Shown: piece by piece, positions 61,191 through 64,000 of the stretch
Numbering within the stretch: the first letter of the stretch is position 1
Layout of the letters: every line of letters begins with the position of its first letter
Origin: an uncultured Ruminococcus sp.
GTDB lineage: Bacteria > Bacillota > Clostridia > Oscillospirales > Ruminococcaceae
Assembly: GCA_946413695.1 (NCBI GenBank)
Contig: CAMKLV010000001.1
Coordinates: forward strand, 21,131-85,130
Direction of reading: 5' to 3'
DNA: 64,000 nt
The notes under the pieces: generated by a model
Database searches by the model: none
Told to the model about the DNA's origin: nothing
What the model saw: the letters and a program-made list of their open reading frames with translations, nothing else
Position numbers and translations under genes: made by a program

Positions 61191-61472
61191 ATGAAGAAAA
61201 ACGATCTGGTTGCAGCAATTGCTGCAAAAGAAAATTGCCCGAAGAAGGAAGCTGACAAGGCTCTGAACCTCGTTCTGGACGCAATCACCGACGCTCTCGT
61301 TGCAGGCGAGAAGGTCTCCATCACCGGTTTCGGTACATTTGAAGTTCGTGACCGTCCTGCAAAGCAGTGCAAGAATCCGCGTACCGGCGAGATCATGACC
61401 ACCAAGCCCTGCAAGGCACTTGCATTCAAGGCTGGCAAGACGCTGAAGGATTCTATCAACCCTGAAAAGTAA
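61191..61472 (+). CDS. hup: HU-family DNA-binding protein
   Basis: MKKNDLVAAIAAK...KALNLVLDAITDALVAGEKVSITGFGTFEVRDRPAK..RNP-like KNPRTGEIM...AFKAGKTLKD is canonical HU. RBS is AGGAGGAA. Confidence 0.9.
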   Translation: MKKNDLVAAIAAKENCPKKEADKALNLVLDAITDALVAGEKVSITGFGTFEVRDRPAKQCKNPRTGEIMTTKPCKALAFKAGKTLKDSINPEK

Positions 61473-61507
61473 TCAACCGACACCCACTGGCAGAGGAGGA
61501 AACGAAC

Positions 61508-61915
61508 ATGCCGAATACCAAGAAGGAAGTAGCCGAGAAGGTCAAGGCTGTTGCTGAGGATGCAAAGGCAACCGTTAAGGCAGCTGCTGAGACTGTAACC
61601 GAGAAGGCTGAAGCGACCGTTGAAAAGGCAAAGACCGCTGCGAAAAAAGCTGCTGCAAAGCCGCGCCGTGCGGCTGCAAAGAAAGCTGCTCCTGCTAAGA
61701 AAGCAGCAGATCAGATCGAGGCAAAGGTTGTCATTGAGCTCCCGAATGTCTCTGAATCCACTGATTCGCTGATCGACCGCGCAAAGGCAGACTGGACCGC
61801 AAAGGGCAATGCTCTGAATGATATGAAGCAGCTTACGCTGTATATCAACGCGGTAGAAGGTATGGTCTACTACGTCGTCAATGATGATTACCTCTCCGGT
61901 AATTTTGCAATCTGA
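61508..61915 (+). CDS. Lys/Ala-rich (histone H1-like tail) protein with conserved C-terminal domain, function unknown
   Basis: Strong GAGGAGGAA RBS, 35 nt after hup. The N-terminal ~65 aa are K/A/E/T repeats (AAKKAAAKPRRAAAKKAAPAKKAA). The C-terminal ~65 aa are globular (VVIELPNVSEST...LYINAVEGMVYYVVNDDYLSGNFAI). Confidence 0.5.
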   Translation: MPNTKKEVAEKVKAVAEDAKATVKAAAETVTEKAEATVEKAKTAAKKAAAKPRRAAAKKAAPAKKAADQIEAKVVIELPNVSESTDSLIDRAKADWTAKGNALNDMKQLTLYINAVEGMVYYVVNDDYLSGNFAI

Positions 61916-61923
61916 TTGCTGAT

Positions 61924-61959
61924 AAAAAGTGTACTGAGGAAACTCGGTACACTTTTTTT
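61924..61959 (+). terminator. Intrinsic terminator after the hup / Lys-Ala-rich gene pair
   Basis: AAAAAGTGTACTGAG-GAAA-CTCGGTACACTTTTTTT. Confidence 0.8.
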
Positions 61960-62021
61960 GTATACAAATGCGGTTTTTGCGGATACTTTCTAATGAACCA
62001 ACAGAAAGGAAGTATCCCGAT

Positions 62022-63626
62022 ATGCGAAAACGTCCGATCCGTATGCTGCTGCTATCCGGCATTCTGCTGCTGTGCATGGCGGGGATGATGCTGCAGCTGT
62101 TTACAATCCTGCGAAAGAATCAGGTCTCCGAAGTCAGTGTCCGGCAGGGGCATTACAAGATGCATGTCCCGCTGACCGACGGCACAATCTATGACCGGAA
62201 TTTCAAATCACTCAATCACCCGGATGATGTGATTTTGGCAGTTGTCAATCCCACCGCAGAAACATTGGCGCCGATCTTTACAAAAATCAAAGACCGCAGC
62301 GCTGTCAACGAACAGCTGCAGCATGTCACACCTTTTTACTGCGAGCTGACAGAGGCTGCCGAGCAGAATCAGAATCTTGTTGTGCTGCACGGCAGCCGCA
62401 AGCCCGCCGGTCCGCTCTGCGCGCAGCATATTCTCGGATACCGGCAGAACGGTGAAGCAAAATCCGGATTGGAGCTCGCTTTTTCAGATTGGCTTTCTGC
62501 CTGCGATGCCTCTGCGGATGTGACTTTTACCGTCAACGGCAGGGGAGAGGTGCTTGCAGGAGCCGAGCGCACAGTAATCCGCAGCGGACAGCAGGGCGGC
62601 GGAATTGTCACAACGCTTGACCGCACCATTCAGCAGATCACCGAGAAGGCACTTGCACAAGCTGCTCCGTATGCAGGCGCGGCCGTTGTCATGAAAATCG
62701 GGACGGGGGAGATCGCTGCATGCGCGAGCACACCGGTCTATGATCCGGATCATCTTGCAGCTGCGATGTCCGGCAAGGATGCACCGTTTCTCAACCGTGC
62801 GTTTTCCGCATACGGTGTCGGCTCCGTATTCAAGATCGTGACCGCTGCGGCAGCGCTCGAACACGGCATCCCCGTGAAATATATGTACGAATGCGACGGC
62901 GATGTTTCCGTCTACGGGCAGCAGTTCCGGTGTCATAAGTGGAACGGGCACGGCGTGCTCGATATGCAGCAGGCGATGATCCAATCCTGCAATCCGTACT
63001 TTATCACGCTCAGTCAGCGCATGACGCCGGAAGTTATGCATGATACAGCAGAAGCGCTCGGATTCGGTCAGCCGAACGAACTTGCGGACGGTATGATCTC
63101 AGCAGGCGGATACCTGCCGTCCATCGAAGATTTGCAGATCGAAGCAGAAAAGGCGAATATGAGCTTCGGGCAGGGCAAGCTGCTTGCGACGCCGCTGCAG
63201 GTCTGCGCCATGACGGCTGCAATCGCAGATGACGGCATCTACACCGCACCGAAGCTCATCCGCGGGCTTACGGCGGACGGCAAAGCGCTGCTCGCGGAGT
63301 TTCAGCCGGAACAGCACCGCGCCGTCTCATCCGGAACCGCTGCAAAGGTTCGCAGAATGATGGTCTCTGTGATCGAAAAAGCCAAGAATACAAACGGCAA
63401 GCCTTTCAACACCCGCGCCGCCGGTAAAACTTCCACGGCGCAGACCGGCAGAACCGATGCAGACGGAAACGAGCTCTGTCACGCATGGATGACCGGTTTC
63501 TTTCCGGTCAATCATCCGCAGTATGCCGTGACTGTATTGATCGAGGACGGCGGCTCCGGAAATGAAACCGCCGCACCGGTCTTCCGCGAAATTATTGAGC
63601 AGATCACAGAAGCATCAGAACCGTAA
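62022..63626 (+). CDS. Class B penicillin-binding protein (PBP2/SpoVD-like transpeptidase)
   Basis: N-terminal TM helix, and transpeptidase motifs GSVFK (SxxK), SCN (SxN) and KTSTA (KTG-like). Confidence 0.85.
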   Translation: MRKRPIRMLLLSGILLLCMAGMMLQLFTILRKNQVSEVSVRQGHYKMHVPLTDGTIYDRNFKSLNHPDDVILAVVNPTAETLAPIFTKIKDRSAVNEQLQHVTPFYCELTEAAEQNQNLVVLHGSRKPAGPLCAQHILGYRQNGEAKSGLELAFSDWLSACDASADVTFTVNGRGEVLAGAERTVIRSGQQGGGIVTTLDRTIQQITEKALAQAAPYAGAAVVMKIGTGEIAACASTPVYDPDHLAAAMSGKDAPFLNRAFSAYGVGSVFKIVTAAAALEHGIPVKYMYECDGDVSVYGQQFRCHKWNGHGVLDMQQAMIQSCNPYFITLSQRMTPEVMHDTAEALGFGQPNELADGMISAGGYLPSIEDLQIEAEKANMSFGQGKLLATPLQVCAMTAAIADDGIYTAPKLIRGLTADGKALLAEFQPEQHRAVSSGTAAKVRRMMVSVIEKAKNTNGKPFNTRAAGKTSTAQTGRTDADGNELCHAWMTGFFPVNHPQYAVTVLIEDGGSGNETAAPVFREIIEQITEASEP

Positions 63627-64000
63627 AAATTCGCCGCTGACATACCCTGTCTTCCCGTTATAAGTTGTCACAAACCAGCCGTCTGTTTCTCCGTTGAGGA
63701 TCAGCTGCGTGCCGTCCGGAATCTGTGTCAGAACAGTTCCGGTCAGTGCAGGATAATCGCGAAGATTCAGGCGGCTGCCCTCTGTCTGCACGGTTCCGTA
63801 AAAGGGTTCGGCCGCGGAGATGAACGGAATCCCGAAATAGTCCGTCAGCGAAAGGACAATCGTGCTCGCAATCTGCTCAAGATGATTGCGGATCCATTCT
63901 GCATCCTCGGGATTGTCATGATAGCCAATCTCCGCGAGAACTGCAACAGCCTTTGTACGCAGCACCTCACCGAGGCTGTTAGTCGGGCGGGCAACCACCT
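63615..64000 (-). CDS. N-acetylmuramoyl-L-alanine amidase C-terminal part with SH3b domain (5' end beyond right edge)
   Basis: AVAVLAEIGYHDNPEDAEWI is the Amidase_3 C-terminal motif. It is followed by an SH3b-like GTVQTEGSRLNLRDYPALTGTVLTQIPDGTQLILNGETDGWFVTTYNGKTGYVSGEFL. The frame is open to the window end. Confidence 0.7.
   Translation of the reverse strand, partial: VVARPTNSLGEVLRTKAVAVLAEIGYHDNPEDAEWIRNHLEQIASTIVLSLTDYFGIPFISAAEPFYGTVQTEGSRLNLRDYPALTGTVLTQIPDGTQLILNGETDGWFVTTYNGKTGYVSGEFLRF

Noticed and set aside
1-64000. Search for mobile elements, prophage genes, restriction-modification, toxin-antitoxin or other defence modules
   Set aside because: I recognised no transposase, integrase, recombinase, phage structural, nuclease/helicase defence-type or small TA-pair ORFs. 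I noticed no flanking direct repeats or tRNA-adjacent islands, and no obvious compositional break, though this was judged by eye only.

Overview
This 64-kb window looks like core chromosome from a Firmicutes/Clostridia-type anaerobe. That assignment is inferred from gene content and Gram-positive GGAGG-type ribosome-binding sites; I could not run a taxonomic search. I support 62 protein-coding genes (two run off the window edges), one tmRNA, 11 sigma-A-type promoters, 13 intrinsic terminators and one structured mRNA leader. I found no rRNA, tRNA, CRISPR array, transposase, integrase or prophage remnant.

Gene content by theme:
- Energy and ion handling: rnfC and the start of rnfD, feoAB, mscS, ppk1, malic enzyme.
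- Cell envelope and division: pdaA-like deacetylase, two amidases, ddl, ddh, a class B PBP, and ftsE-ftsX-M23 peptidase-S41 protease.
- RNA modification and quality control: ttcA-like gene, tsaD, trmN6-like gene, rsmI, smpB, ssrA, tex, argS.
- Cofactor and lipid metabolism: ECF S-component with coaX, cmk, plsC, nspC, rpe.
- Regulation and glycan use: two ECF sigma modules and a small mannan/fucoside hydrolase cluster (GH130, GH26, GH95).

Most unusual observations:
1. A second, orphan RnfD/RnfE/RnfA-like membrane trio (6587-8638) sits 5 kb from the canonical rnf operon. It appears to have lost the FMN-attachment Thr and the Fe-S-ligating Cys residues. It is co-operonic with a membrane-anchored hydrolase-like exoprotein.
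2. A single 790-aa ORF (10848-13220) fuses a PlsC acyltransferase, a roughly 250-aa acidic disordered segment, a TM helix and a VanY/M15B-like domain whose catalytic motifs look degenerate.
3. An about 130-nt structured leader lies upstream of an ECF S-component/coaX operon and matches no riboswitch class I can recognise.
4. An 11-bp hairpin buries both the Shine-Dalgarno sequence and the start codon context of feoAB.
5. Several uncharacterised small operons are present, including a PflX-type radical SAM triad and an HU gene paired with a Lys/Ala-rich protein.

All motif alignments were made by eye and need profile-based confirmation.
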